Positions 18,156-27,994 are shown, counted from the first letter of the stretch. The stretch: 64,000 nucleotides of DNA from an uncultured Acidobacteriota bacterium (GCA_963702125.1 OY969716.1:2515606-2579605), one strand, 5' to 3'. Numbers and translations: made by a program. Notes: generated from the sequence alone by a model not told the origin.

Positions 18156-19952
18156 CTAAGAGACGATGACGGCGCGGAACATGCCGGCTTCCAGGTGGTA
18201 GAGGAGGTGGCAGTGGTAGGCCCAGTGGCCGGGGGTGTCGGCGCTGACTAGGTAACTCAACTTTTCGGCGGGCTTCAGGCTGATGGTGTGTTTGTAGGGG
18301 AGGTAGGCGCCGTTGCCGTTCTCGAGTTCGCCCCACAGGCCGTGGAGATGAATTGGGTGCTCCATCATCGTGTCATTAATAAGGATGATTCGGAGGCGTT
18401 CGCCGAGCTTCATGCGCACGGGTTCGGCGTTGGGGTATGCGAAGCCGTCGAAGCCCCAGATGTACCGGCTCATGTTGCCGGTGAGATGCAGTTCGATTTC
18501 GCGGCTCGGCGGGCGACCATCAACGCCGGGGAAAAGTGCACGGAGATCGGCGTAGGAGAGGACCCGGCGGCCGTTGTCCCGCACGCCGTCACCCGGATCG
18601 GCGAGACGCGGCTGCGGATTTGCGGCGACGGACGAGATGCTTGGCCCGATTTTGATGGGAACGGAATCCCTCTGCACCACGGGCACCGGCGTGCCCGGCG
18701 CCGGTATAAATCGCGGAGTGTGAGGTCCGGGTTGAGGGAGCGGTTCGATGCCGAAAATTTCCGGGCGCGTGATGTAGAACGGGTGATGCATCACACGCAC
18801 ACCGTGATTCCCTGCCGCGTGCATCGAGTGCATGTCTGACTTTGCGGGCATGGACGACATTTGAGACTGGTCACCCATCGACTTACCCATTTCAAGCATC
18901 GTGCGCGTCGGGACTGGATCCATCGGCGGAATTTCGGCGGTCATGCCGCGTTTCGGCGCGAGAGTTCCGCGCGCGTAAGCGCCGCGCGACAGCGGCTGCA
19001 CGAAAATCGTGTACGCGCGATCGGCGTCTGGTTTGACGATCACGTCGTAGCACTCCGCCGTAGCCATCCGAAATTCGTCCACTTCCACGGGGACGATGGC
19101 ATTGCCGTCGGCGGCGACGACGGTCATTTTCAAACCGGGGATACGGACATCGAAGTAGGTCATCGCGGAGCCGTTGATAAAGCGAAGGCGGACGCGCTGG
19201 CCCGGCTCGAACAGCGCGGTCCAATTCGCCAGCGGCGGTTTTCCGTTGATCAAGTAGGTGTACACGGACGCGCCGACATCGGCGAGGTCGGGGCCGGCGT
19301 TTTTGTTGGGTCCACTTCCCTTCAGCAAACTCGCGTAAATCGTGTCGGGATTTTCGTCGGACCAATCGGACAGCATCACGACGTAATCGCGATCGTAGGC
19401 GATGGGATCGGCGGAATCCGGATCGATGATCAGCGCGCCGGCGTGGCCGAGTTGCTCCTGGAAATCGCTGTGGCTGTGATACCAGTAGGTGCCGCTCTGT
19501 CGAACGGGAATGCGGTAAATAAAAGTTTCGCCAGACGCAATGCCGGCGAAGCTGAGGCCGGGGACGCCGTCCATTTCGGACGATGCGCGAATGCCGTGCC
19601 AGTGAATCGAGCTGGATTGAGCGAGCTTGTTAGTGACCGCGATCGTGACGTCGTCGCCCTGGCGCCAGCGGAGAGTGGGGCCGGGATGCGTGCCGTTGAT
19701 CGCGATGACGGGCGCGGGCTTGCCGGTGATGTTGGTGGTGAGTTGCTCGATGGTGAGATCGAAGTGAGTGCCGGTGAGGACTGTGGGCTCGCCGGCTTCG
19801 CGTGACTTGTCGAGCGTGGGTGTGGCGTGCAAGATGCCGCGAGGAAACGCGGAGACGATTCCGGCGGCGGCGATTCCCTGCACGAAACGGCGGCGCGTCA
19901 CGTGTTGCAGCGGCGCGGGCGGCTCGACGGCTGGGCGGCGTCTTCGAGACAC
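18156..19952 (-). CDS. Tat-exported multicopper oxidase (CopA/PcoA type)
   Basis: Twin-arginine signal TRRRFVQGIAAAG. Copper ligand motifs HWHG, HSH, HPIHLHG and HCHLLYHLEAGM are present. It also has a Met/His-rich insert (MGKSMGDQSQMSSMPAKSDMHSMH). Confidence 0.9.
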   Translation of the reverse strand: MSRRRRPAVEPPAPLQHVTRRRFVQGIAAAGIVSAFPRGILHATPTLDKSREAGEPTVLTGTHFDLTIEQLTTNITGKPAPVIAINGTHPGPTLRWRQGDDVTIAVTNKLAQSSSIHWHGIRASSEMDGVPGLSFAGIASGETFIYRIPVRQSGTYWYHSHSDFQEQLGHAGALIIDPDSADPIAYDRDYVVMLSDWSDENPDTIYASLLKGSGPNKNAGPDLADVGASVYTYLINGKPPLANWTALFEPGQRVRLRFINGSAMTYFDVRIPGLKMTVVAADGNAIVPVEVDEFRMATAECYDVIVKPDADRAYTIFVQPLSRGAYARGTLAPKRGMTAEIPPMDPVPTRTMLEMGKSMGDQSQMSSMPAKSDMHSMHAAGNHGVRVMHHPFYITRPEIFGIEPLPQPGPHTPRFIPAPGTPVPVVQRDSVPIKIGPSISSVAANPQPRLADPGDGVRDNGRRVLSYADLRALFPGVDGRPPSREIELHLTGNMSRYIWGFDGFAYPNAEPVRMKLGERLRIILINDTMMEHPIHLHGLWGELENGNGAYLPYKHTISLKPAEKLSYLVSADTPGHWAYHCHLLYHLEAGMFRAVIVS

Positions 19953-20203
19953 AAGATTTTCCTTCGGAGCGTAGCGGTGCGGTGACTGGCGGAAATTAGA
20001 AACGAATGTGGAGCGATGCGCAAGGTGCGATTGTTACGTGTCGAGGCAATTGTGTGCTGTGGTTGGCGCGCGTGGCGGGGCGGTGGCGCCGCGAACGCGG
20101 CAGCCACAGCAGTCCGGGAGAACCGTTGGATGCGAGGCGTTGGAGTGAAATTTCTGGAGTGATTGGAGTGGTTGGGCACGACTCGTAGTGCAAAGCGAAA
20201 GGC

Positions 20204-20227
20204 ACACAGGCCAACTCCAGCCTGTGT
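20204..20227 (-). terminator. Candidate thiolase terminator
   Basis: 8-bp stem ACACAGGC/GCCTGTGT with an 8-nt loop. On the minus strand CCTTTCGCTTTGC follows. It lies about 45 nt downstream of the stop. Confidence 0.4.
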
Positions 20228-20271
20228 CACTCTCTGCCGGATCGGGCGAGGTGAGAGCAGACGACCGCGAC

Positions 20272-21456
20272 CTACATGCGTTCGACGGCTAGGGCTACGG
20301 CGTTGCCGCCGCCTAGGCAGAGGGCGGCGATGCCGCGCTTGAGGTTGCGGCGCTCGAGTTCGTAGAGCAGCGTGACGAGGACGCGGGCGCCGGATGCGCC
20401 GATGGGGTGGCCGAAGGCGACGGCGCCTCCGTTCACATTTACTTTTTCGGGATTCAGGCGCAGCTCGCGCGTGACGGCGATGGCGGCGACGGCGAAGGCC
20501 TCGTTGAGTTCGTAAAGATCGACGTCCTTGTCGCGGTCCCAGCCGGTCTTCGCGAGAATTTTTTCTACGGCATCGACGGGCGCCATCATCACCCATTTCG
20601 GTTCTACGCCGCTGACGGCTTGCGCCACGATGCGCGCCATCGGCTTTTTGCCGAGCTTCGAGGCGGTGGCTTCGCTGGTGACGATGAGAGCGGCGGCGCC
20701 GTCGTTGGTGCCCGGCGCGTTCCCGGCTGTGACGGTGCCGTCTTTTTTAAACGCGGGCTTCAGCTTGGCGAGCGCTTCGAGCGAGGTGTCTTCGCGCGGC
20801 GATTCGTCCTTCGAGATGACAATCGGGTCGCCCTTCTTCTGCGGAATTTCGACGGGAACGATTTGCGACGAGATCCAGCAGGACTTCATCGCGCGAATCG
20901 CTTTTTGGTGGCTGGCGAAGGCGAACTGATCCTGCTCCTCGCGCGTGATTTTGTATTTTTCGGCGACGTTCTCGCCGGTGATGCCCATGTGGTAGTTCTC
21001 GTAGGCGTCCCAGAGGCCGTCGTTGATCATCGAGTCGGTGACTTCTTGATTGCCGAGGCGGAAGCCGGTCCGCGCGTTTTTCAAAAGGTACGGGCAATTG
21101 GACATCGATTCCATGCCGCCGGCGACGACCATTTCGGATTCGCCGAGCGTGACGGCTTGCGCGGCGAGCGCGACGGATTTCAGGCCCGAGCCGCAGACTT
21201 TATTAATGGTCATGGCGGCGACACGCGGGGCGAGGCCGGCTTTCAGCGCAGCCTGGCGCGCGGGATTCTGGCCGAGGCCGGCTTGGACCACGTTGCCCAT
21301 GATGGCTTCGTCCACGGTGGCGGCGTCAATGCCGGCGCGGCTGACGGCTTCGGCGATGGCTTTGGCGCCGAGTTCGGGCGCGGAAAGCGGCGCGAGGCCT
21401 CCCATAAATTTGCCGATGGGGGTGCGGACGGCGCTGAGGATGACAGGGCGTTCCAT
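20272..21456 (-). CDS. Acetyl-CoA C-acetyltransferase (thiolase II)
   Basis: 394 aa with active-site [10 protein letters not shown] and C-terminal [10 protein letters not shown] and CLGGG motifs. Confidence 0.95.
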   Translation of the reverse strand: MERPVILSAVRTPIGKFMGGLAPLSAPELGAKAIAEAVSRAGIDAATVDEAIMGNVVQAGLGQNPARQAALKAGLAPRVAAMTINKVCGSGLKSVALAAQAVTLGESEMVVAGGMESMSNCPYLLKNARTGFRLGNQEVTDSMINDGLWDAYENYHMGITGENVAEKYKITREEQDQFAFASHQKAIRAMKSCWISSQIVPVEIPQKKGDPIVISKDESPREDTSLEALAKLKPAFKKDGTVTAGNAPGTNDGAAALIVTSEATASKLGKKPMARIVAQAVSGVEPKWVMMAPVDAVEKILAKTGWDRDKDVDLYELNEAFAVAAIAVTRELRLNPEKVNVNGGAVAFGHPIGASGARVLVTLLYELERRNLKRGIAALCLGGGNAVALAVERM

Positions 21457-21476
21457 GTGGCGAGTCTCCTGAGGCT

Positions 21477-21534
21477 AGAAGGAAATTTTATACGAGCTAT
21501 AAGTATAGGCGCGGGGCGATGAGGCGGTCAATTT
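21477..21534 (-). promoter_or_regulatory. Thiolase promoter module (copy R1 of a 58-nt repeat)
   Basis: The minus strand reads TTGACC-N18-TATACT about 45 nt upstream of the thiolase ATG, with an AGGAG RBS in between. TATAC-N9-GTATA overlaps the -10. A second copy lies at 22339-22396. Confidence 0.5.
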
Positions 21535-21637
21535 TCCCTTGTTCAAGAGCGTTTCGGTACGCCGCTGATGATTGACTCCATCCGGAGCGATCCCTATAAT
21601 CGCGCCGCGATATTGACTCTATACGAAATGCAGACGT

Positions 21638-22237
21638 ATGAAATTCATACGCGCCGCTATTCTTGCAGCGCTCATTCTTACTGCCGCGCAAGCGCAAGAG
21701 CCGGCGCAGGAAGCGTCGACGCCGAAGGCCGATAGCGTCGTCAATAGTGACACATCTTGGTTCGACGATTGTCTGGCGCTGCAATACAAGCTGCCGGACG
21801 GATGGGAATTTCGGAATGCGGCGGCAAAACCGGTCCAAGAGTCGAACAAACAGAAGCTTCTGTTCAGAACGCGAAAGGAAAATGCGGACGGAGCTCGCGA
21901 GTCGGTGGAGGTGGACCTTGTCGAGGCTCCGCTTCAGCACCCGATTCTGGAGCGTCTTGCGGCGCTCTTTGCGCTAACCTATTTCCAGACAAGCGGCAGC
22001 AAAATCACCAGAGACGCCTATTCCGTGAAAGTTGCGAAACGGAATTTTGGCCGAAGCGATCTAAGCAACGGCGACAAAATGCGCGCGGTAGTGGTGACTT
22101 GGTATCGCGGATACGCCGTGCTGTCATGGGCATCCGCGGGGTCGTCCCAAAGTCTCGACGACGCTGTGAACTCTTTGAATTCACTAACCTTTGGCGAAGA
22201 CAAACGGACAGCGGACTGTTTGAGTGCGGCGGATTAG
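21638..22237 (+). CDS. Hypothetical secreted protein
   Basis: 199 aa with signal peptide MKFIRAAILAALILTAAQAQ. No recognisable domain. Confidence 0.5.
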   Translation: MKFIRAAILAALILTAAQAQEPAQEASTPKADSVVNSDTSWFDDCLALQYKLPDGWEFRNAAAKPVQESNKQKLLFRTRKENADGARESVEVDLVEAPLQHPILERLAALFALTYFQTSGSKITRDAYSVKVAKRNFGRSDLSNGDKMRAVVVTWYRGYAVLSWASAGSSQSLDDAVNSLNSLTFGEDKRTADCLSAAD

Positions 22238-22338
22238 CCGAGCACGGCGGATGAACGGGCCGCGCGGAAAAGCAAGATGGCCCGGACTATGCGGTGGCGA
22301 TGGCGGCCGGTTTTCTGCGCGACGAGGCTGCGAGAGCC

Positions 22339-22396
22339 AGAAGGAATTTTTATAAGAGCTACACGTATAGGACTGGGTGTCGGGCGCGGTCAATTT
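22339..22396 (-). repeat. Copy R2 of the 58-nt thiolase-promoter module
   Basis: It aligns without gaps to 21477-21534 at 44/58 identities, and 29 of the first 33. It retains TTGACC-N18-TATACG on the minus strand. Confidence 0.6.
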
Positions 22397-22714
22397 GCTG
22401 AGGCGTAGCTTGGAGAGCGTCAGCAGAAGCGCCATCACAAAGAACAGAAGCTCTTAGTAATTTCATTGACAATATACATGCAGAAGTACACAGTTGTTGC
22501 TGACCTGGGACGCTTCACTTTGCCTTAACCCATCAAGGTTACCTGATCCACCCCTCGCCATCTGATCTACCCGGCAACAACTAGCTCCGCGCGAGAATAA
22601 ACGCAGCGGCACCCGCTTTATGTAACCGTCCGATTGAACGTCCAACCTGGGCCAGCTTCTCAAAGGCTGGGCTCGAACGTGAACGTGGCGTTATTAAGCC
22701 ACAGGAGCAAACAA

Positions 22715-22870
22715 ATGAAAGATGCTAAATCAACGAAATGCGAGCACCCGGTGTGTTCGTGTGTCGTCACTTCCGGTAAATATTGCAGCGCCGCCTGCGA
22801 AGCCATGGAAAAAACGCCCGACATCGACTGCTCGTGCAGCCATTCGGTTTGTAAGGGCAAAACGTCCTAG
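22715..22870 (+). CDS. Bacterial metallothionein (BmtA/SmtA-like)
   Basis: 51 aa with 8 Cys and 2 His. The pattern KCEHPVCSCVV...YCSAACE...DCSCSHSVCKG parallels SmtA (KCACEPCLCNV...YCSEAC...GCGHTGCNC). An AGGAG RBS lies 8 nt upstream of the ATG at 22715. The track's longer ORF starts at 22634. Confidence 0.6.
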   Translation: MKDAKSTKCEHPVCSCVVTSGKYCSAACEAMEKTPDIDCSCSHSVCKGKTS

Positions 22871-22930
22871 CAATTGGGAATAGGCAAGATATTCGTGGGA
22901 GAAATTGAAAGGCCCGAAAAAAGGAGATTT

Positions 22931-23182
22931 ATGTCAAAGCAATCCGCAGAGCATCACACGAAAGCCGCAGAGCACCTCGAGCACGCAGCGAAACATCACA
23001 AGGAAGCAGCAAAGCACCATGAGTCCGGCCACGCAGAGACTGCGGCACACCACGCTCATCTAGCGCACGGTCACACACAGTTCGCAAACCACCACGCAGG
23101 CGAAGCTGCCAAGTCCCACATTGCCGACCACAATGCGTCGAAGTCCACAACCGACGAAAAGGCTAAAGCGACGAAGGCGTAG
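22931..23182 (+). CDS. Histidine-rich small helical protein (putative metal-binding)
   Basis: 83 aa, about 20 of them His, arranged as repeated AAxHH/HHxxAA units (EHHTKAAEHLEHAAKHHKEAAKHHESGHAETAAHHAHLAHGH). AAGGAG lies upstream of the ATG at 22931. Confidence 0.55.
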   Translation: MSKQSAEHHTKAAEHLEHAAKHHKEAAKHHESGHAETAAHHAHLAHGHTQFANHHAGEAAKSHIADHNASKSTTDEKAKATKA

Positions 23183-23318
23183 TGAGCGGCTCGGCGGGAA
23201 TCCAGCCCAGCCCGCCCGCCGCGGTTCCTGCGAGCCCGCCGCTTCAACAAGCGTGGAATTTCGCAGTGCTTATGCGCGTCGTGCTGGTCACTAAACACGA
23301 GAAAACTTGGGGGTAGCA

Positions 23319-23549
23319 ATGGCTTCACCTGTCGATCCACTCTGCAATTCCTGGCAGCATCTGTATCAGCAGACGTGTTCCGAAACGAATTCTGAAAAGT
23401 TGCCGGGATTAGTCTCTCGGTTGGAAGACGCCATACTGCTGCGCCAAACCGAACTCGTCACAAGCGCGGACCATCGCGAAGAGCGAATTGCGATGAGGCT
23501 CGCGTCGATAGCGGTCCTGCGAATTAAGACTTACGAACTGGGTCGATAG
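23319..23549 (+). CDS. Small paralogue A (76 aa), unknown function
   Basis: First of three tandem same-strand genes. All share W-x9-E-x2-S-x-KL-x7-E-x5-R-x2-E in an ungapped alignment. Confidence 0.5.
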   Translation: MASPVDPLCNSWQHLYQQTCSETNSEKLPGLVSRLEDAILLRQTELVTSADHREERIAMRLASIAVLRIKTYELGR

Positions 23550-23582
23550 GTTCGCACGATCCATAAGCCGCACGGAGATTCA

Positions 23583-23819
23583 ATGTACACATGGGAACGC
23601 GCAGTTCAGCTCGCGATTAGTGAAACGCAAAGCACCAAATTGCACGGAGCAATTTTGGATGCGGAGGCACTCATCTTCACGCGTGGCATCGAGCTTTCAT
23701 CGGAGAGCCGCAAGCATAGCGTTGCTGTGGAACGGGCCGCGATGGAGATCGCGAGTGAAAAGCTATCGAACCTGAAGGCGACGATGATGAAGTGGCCGTC
23801 GCCGGATTTCGTCCGGTAA
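23583..23819 (+). CDS. Small paralogue B (78 aa), unknown function
   Basis: WERAVQLAISETQSTKLHGAILDAEALIFTRGIEL aligns without gaps to A and C. It starts 33 nt after A. Confidence 0.5.
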   Translation: MYTWERAVQLAISETQSTKLHGAILDAEALIFTRGIELSSESRKHSVAVERAAMEIASEKLSNLKATMMKWPSPDFVR

Positions 23820-23860
23820 CGGATTTGATTTGATGAAGTGGTTGAAACACGGAGGCCCGG

Positions 23861-24091
23861 ATGCAAGCAGTGTCAGGTTACTCGTGGGAACGGATTTGCC
23901 GCGCCGCTGAAACTGAGCGAGACTCGCTGAAGTTGAGAGATCGAATACGCGAGGCCGAGCGCACCCTATCCTACCGGTCACAGGAAATTCGCGGATGTTC
24001 CGAAGGCGAAGAAGAAACTCGTGCGATTCGTGATGCATCCGACCGCCTTCGATTCATCGCTACGGAACGGTTGGAACCTTCAGACCGATAG
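23861..24091 (+). CDS. Small paralogue C (76 aa), unknown function
   Basis: WERICRAAETERDSLKLRDRIREAERTLSYRSQEI aligns without gaps to A and B. It starts 41 nt after B. Confidence 0.5.
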   Translation: MQAVSGYSWERICRAAETERDSLKLRDRIREAERTLSYRSQEIRGCSEGEEETRAIRDASDRLRFIATERLEPSDR

Positions 24092-24392
24092 CTCAGCGCC
24101 CCGCAGGTTCGCTCGAACTTCAACTGGAGACGTTGGCCAGTTATATTTGCCGCTGGCTGCTTGTTTCTCAGGATTGTGCAAATGATTCGTCGCGCTGGAT
24201 GCAGGGCGCGCAGGCGTGCGCTAAAAACGCGCGCGCGGCGGCGGGAGTGCGTGTAGAATTTTCGGCGTAGCCGTGTAGTGGCGACGTTTCTTCCACCTTG
24301 TAGCGCGTGCTTGACGCGTACTGCTCGGTTGGCCCCTTTGAGACGTTTCTAACATTTCCCGACAAAGCGATGTGTGTGTGCGGAGGACGCGT

Positions 24393-25238
24393 ATGGCGCA
24401 TTGGGGCCGGAGTGTAATTGGGGCGGTGGCGGGCGTCGTGGCGATGGGGTGCGCTGCTCGGCCTGTGGCGCAGGATTTGGCGAACCGGAAGCAGATTCTC
24501 GCCGACGCGAAGGCGGCGCAATACAGTTTGTTGCACGAGGGGATGCAATCGCTCCGCTGCACGGCAACGTTCGATTGGGTGAGGTTTCTTGATTGGAGCG
24601 GGCCGCAGGACGGGTCAGACAAGGCGATTCTCGCGTCGCTCGCGGCGTCGCACTACGAGGTGACGATCGACGACGCGGGGACGCCGGCGGTTGCGTCGGT
24701 GACGGGTGCGATGCCGGCGAATGCGACCGATGCCAACGCGGTGCTCGGCGAAATCGAAGGCATGCGGCACACGCTGGAATCACTGCTGAACGCGTGGACC
24801 GGCTACATGGCGGCGACGGTGCTGCCGCCCGGCGACGTGGACATTCATATGGTCGAAAGCGGCGGCACGTATTACCTGAAATATTTCATCGGCGACACGT
24901 CGTTTGCGATCGACATGAACGCGAAGTATGAGATGGCGCGCGTGTGGGAGAAAGACACGAAAAGCATGAGCGAAATTCATCCCGCGTTTGACGCGACGCC
25001 GAAGGGATTCGTGCTGAAGGGATACGAGGGCAGCTTCGAGAGCTATGAGAAGAACCGCACTACGACGGCGAAGCTGACGCTCGAGTACGAAACCGTGGAC
25101 GGGCTGCTGGTGCCGCAGACGCTGACGGAACTGGTTCCCGGCAAGCGCGGGACAGACACGGGCAAATTTGTATTCCAGGATTACAAGATTACGAAACGGG
25201 CGGCCGCATCGGGCGCGGCCAGTGGCGTGACGCGCTAA
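24393..25238 (+). CDS. Hypothetical exported protein (possible LolA-like fold)
   Basis: Signal/lipobox-like AGVVAMGCAARP with beta-rich sequence. GGAGGA lies upstream of the ATG at 24393. Confidence 0.45.
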   Translation: MAHWGRSVIGAVAGVVAMGCAARPVAQDLANRKQILADAKAAQYSLLHEGMQSLRCTATFDWVRFLDWSGPQDGSDKAILASLAASHYEVTIDDAGTPAVASVTGAMPANATDANAVLGEIEGMRHTLESLLNAWTGYMAATVLPPGDVDIHMVESGGTYYLKYFIGDTSFAIDMNAKYEMARVWEKDTKSMSEIHPAFDATPKGFVLKGYEGSFESYEKNRTTTAKLTLEYETVDGLLVPQTLTELVPGKRGTDTGKFVFQDYKITKRAAASGAASGVTR

Positions 25239-25245
25239 CGCGGGG

Positions 25246-27786
25246 TCATAGAGGCAGGTTCAGTTTCTTGAGGAGCGAGGCCCAGCGCGGGTCGGAGTGG
25301 AGCGAGTCGAAGGCTGGGAAGCGGATGACGGCGGTGAGCTCGTCGTCTTTGTCCACGAGGGCCTGATTGAGCAGCTCGAAAGCTTTGTCGCGATTGCCTG
25401 CCAGAGCGTGGGCGGCTGCGGCATTCGCGGGAAGATCACCGACGCTACTGGCGTCCATCAGCGCCGCGTATCCCTGAGCGTCCGGCGACCAGGTTCGGGA
25501 CGCTGAGGCCTCACCGCGAGCCCCGGCTTTCCGGATCGTCGCGATCGCGTCGGCCCACTGGCCCTGCATCGCCTGGAACTGCGAAAGATAGAAAAAGCCA
25601 GGGACGAAGTTCGGATCGCGCTCGAAAACTTTGTCGAATTCCTGGCGCGCTTCGGGGTATTTGTGCGCGTCGATGAGCGTCAGCGCGTAGTTCGTTCGAA
25701 TGATCGACGCCAGCGGATCGAGCGCGAGAGCGAGGCGGAACTGGTCCTCGGCCTCGTCGAGCTTGTTCATCGGCATCAGGTAGTTGAAAGCGTAAAAGTA
25801 GTGCGCGGCGGAGTTATTGGGATTGAGTTCGATGGCGCGTCGAAATTCGCGTTCTGCCTCGCTCCAATTCCACACTTGCGCGAGCGCACTGCCGCGCGCG
25901 ACGTGCGCTTCGGAGCTGGTGTCGTCAAGCTCGACGGCTTTCCTGGAGGCTTCATCGGCAAGCGCTAACGCCTGCGCCGGGGGAATGAGCCGACCGTAAC
26001 CCGACGCCACAATATAGCTGGTCGAAAGCCCCGACCAAGCGAGCGAATAATTGGGATCAGCGGCGACGGCCTGCTTGAAGAGGTCCACACTTTTGAGGAT
26101 TCCGGGTTTGGTGCGGCCGTAGAGCTGCTGCTGCCCCTCGAGGTAGAGCCGGTACGCTTCGGGATTCGAAGTCCCGGCGTTGCCGAGATTTGCGTGTGAC
26201 GCGGATGTGTGCGGCTGAAGCTTATTTGCGACGTCGCGTGTGATGTCGCTCTGCACCTGCGTGACGTCGGCCATTTTTCTTTCGTAGTGGCCGCCCCACA
26301 TTTCGGAGCCGTCGCTGGCGTTCACGAGGTCGGCCTGGACGGCGACGGTGTCACCGTGTTGCGTGACGCGGCCGACGAGGAGCGCGCCGACGTTGAGCGC
26401 TTTGCCGATTTTTTGCGGGTCGTCTTCGTTATTTTTGAAGCGGAAGACGGTGCTGCGCGCCATCACTTTCACATCGGGCAGCTGCGAAAGCGTGCCGATG
26501 AGGCTTTCGGTGAGGCCGTCGCTCAGGTATTCGATGTTGGGGTCGGACGTCGTATTGACGAACGGCAGGACGGCGATGGAGGTGACTTTCGTTTCCGGCG
26601 CGCGGCCGCGGAGGAAATAGTAAGACGCAGCGGCGACGGCAACGATCGCGATTGCGGCGACAGCGAGCCACAACATTTTCGAGGATCTTGGCGCGGGTGC
26701 GATGGAGCTGGTGTTGCCGGCTTGAGTTGCGGCGGGCGACGATACGTGTGACGCCGAGCCAGCAATCGCGGTGGCGGATGAAGATGCAGCGCTGATCGGC
26801 GCGGACGATGCGGGGCCGGAGTCGAGCGCGAGGCTTGCGCTTGACGTGGCGGGATCGGCGACGCGCGAGGAGCGGCCGGAATCGAGTTCGCGTTTGAGGC
26901 GCGCGAGGTCGGTTCGAATGTCTTTCGCGGATTGGTAACGGAGCGAGCGATCCGTTTCGAGCGCTTTATCGATGATGTGCTCGAGGCCCGCGGGAATTTC
27001 GGGATTGAGGCGGACGGCTTGGATGTAGGTGCCGTCGAGAATCGATTTGAAGATGACGGCGGACGTCTCGCCGCGGAACGGCAGCGAGGCGGTGGCCATC
27101 TCGTACAACACGGCGCCGAAGGAAAAAAGATCGGAGCGGCCGTCGAGTTCCTTGCCGCGGACTTGCTCGGGCGACATGTAAGCGACGGTGCCCATGGTGC
27201 TACCGGGACTGGTAAGGTGTTCGGCGCCCGCATCGGCGCGCGTTGCGCCCTGGGTCGCGTCGGACGCGATCCGCGAAGCGGAGCTTGCGCCGTCGGTGAA
27301 GGTGACCTTCGCGAGACCGAAGTCGAGAATTTTCGCGTGGCCGCGCTTGGTAACGAAAATGTTGGCGGGCTTGATGTCGCGATGGACAATGCCTTCGGAG
27401 TGCGCGGCGTCGAGCGCATCGGCGATGTCGATGGCGAGCGTAAGCAGATCTTCGGTGTCGAGCGGGCGGCCGGAGATGCGGTGCTTGAGCGTTTGCCCGT
27501 CGAGAAATTCCATGGCGATGAAGGCCTGGCCGTCTTGCTCGCCGATGTCGTAAATGGTGCAGATGTTGGGGTGATTGAGCGCCGAGGCGGCCTGGGCTTC
27601 GCGCTGGAAGCGGGCGAGAGCTTGCGGGTCGCGCGCGACGTCTGCCGGGAGAAATTTCAGCGCGACGAAGCGGCGGAGGCGCGAATCTTCGGCTTTGTAA
27701 ACGACACCCATGCCGCCACCGCCGAGTTTTTCCACGATTCGGTAGTGCGAGATGGTCTGGCCGATGGGCCGTTCTGGGTCCGGCAT
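25246..27786 (-). CDS. Membrane Ser/Thr protein kinase with periplasmic domain and C-terminal TPR repeats
   Basis: Hanks kinase motifs [25 protein letters not shown] and YMSPE. These are followed by an S/A-rich linker, one TM helix, a TolB-N-like module and several TPR units. Confidence 0.9.
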   Translation of the reverse strand: MPDPERPIGQTISHYRIVEKLGGGGMGVVYKAEDSRLRRFVALKFLPADVARDPQALARFQREAQAASALNHPNICTIYDIGEQDGQAFIAMEFLDGQTLKHRISGRPLDTEDLLTLAIDIADALDAAHSEGIVHRDIKPANIFVTKRGHAKILDFGLAKVTFTDGASSASRIASDATQGATRADAGAEHLTSPGSTMGTVAYMSPEQVRGKELDGRSDLFSFGAVLYEMATASLPFRGETSAVIFKSILDGTYIQAVRLNPEIPAGLEHIIDKALETDRSLRYQSAKDIRTDLARLKRELDSGRSSRVADPATSSASLALDSGPASSAPISAASSSATAIAGSASHVSSPAATQAGNTSSIAPAPRSSKMLWLAVAAIAIVAVAAASYYFLRGRAPETKVTSIAVLPFVNTTSDPNIEYLSDGLTESLIGTLSQLPDVKVMARSTVFRFKNNEDDPQKIGKALNVGALLVGRVTQHGDTVAVQADLVNASDGSEMWGGHYERKMADVTQVQSDITRDVANKLQPHTSASHANLGNAGTSNPEAYRLYLEGQQQLYGRTKPGILKSVDLFKQAVAADPNYSLAWSGLSTSYIVASGYGRLIPPAQALALADEASRKAVELDDTSSEAHVARGSALAQVWNWSEAEREFRRAIELNPNNSAAHYFYAFNYLMPMNKLDEAEDQFRLALALDPLASIIRTNYALTLIDAHKYPEARQEFDKVFERDPNFVPGFFYLSQFQAMQGQWADAIATIRKAGARGEASASRTWSPDAQGYAALMDASSVGDLPANAAAAHALAGNRDKAFELLNQALVDKDDELTAVIRFPAFDSLHSDPRWASLLKKLNLPL

Positions 27787-27994
27787 GTGCGAGAGAGTTT
27801 AGAAGCACAGGTGGCGGCAGTCAAATTTTTGGCGCGAAGGGGAAAGTGGAAACGGGGCGGCGGCTTGCGTCCCCTCGACATATTGCGACTTACGCATCAG
27901 GGCTCGAGAGTTCGATTAATTCGGAGGTTAGCGTGCGAGTTTCGTTTTATCTCGCGTCGAAACGCTGGATAATGATATTTAGAGTGAGTCGTGG

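Noticed and set aside
22630-22642. The 13-mer CCGATTGAACGTC is shared between the metallothionein leader and the DUF2971-like gene upstream region (31774-31786).
   Set aside because: By a rough estimate, tens of chance 13-mer matches are expected in 64 kb counted on both strands. There is no extended similarity around it.
27854-27874. GGGGCGGCGGCTTGCGTCCCC at the left edge of the R-M cassette, as a degenerate copy of the right-edge terminator palindrome (30417-30446). This could be a target duplication.
   Set aside because: The shared strings (CGGGGCG, GCGTC, CCC) are short and GC-rich, so the similarity is too weak to separate from chance by eye.
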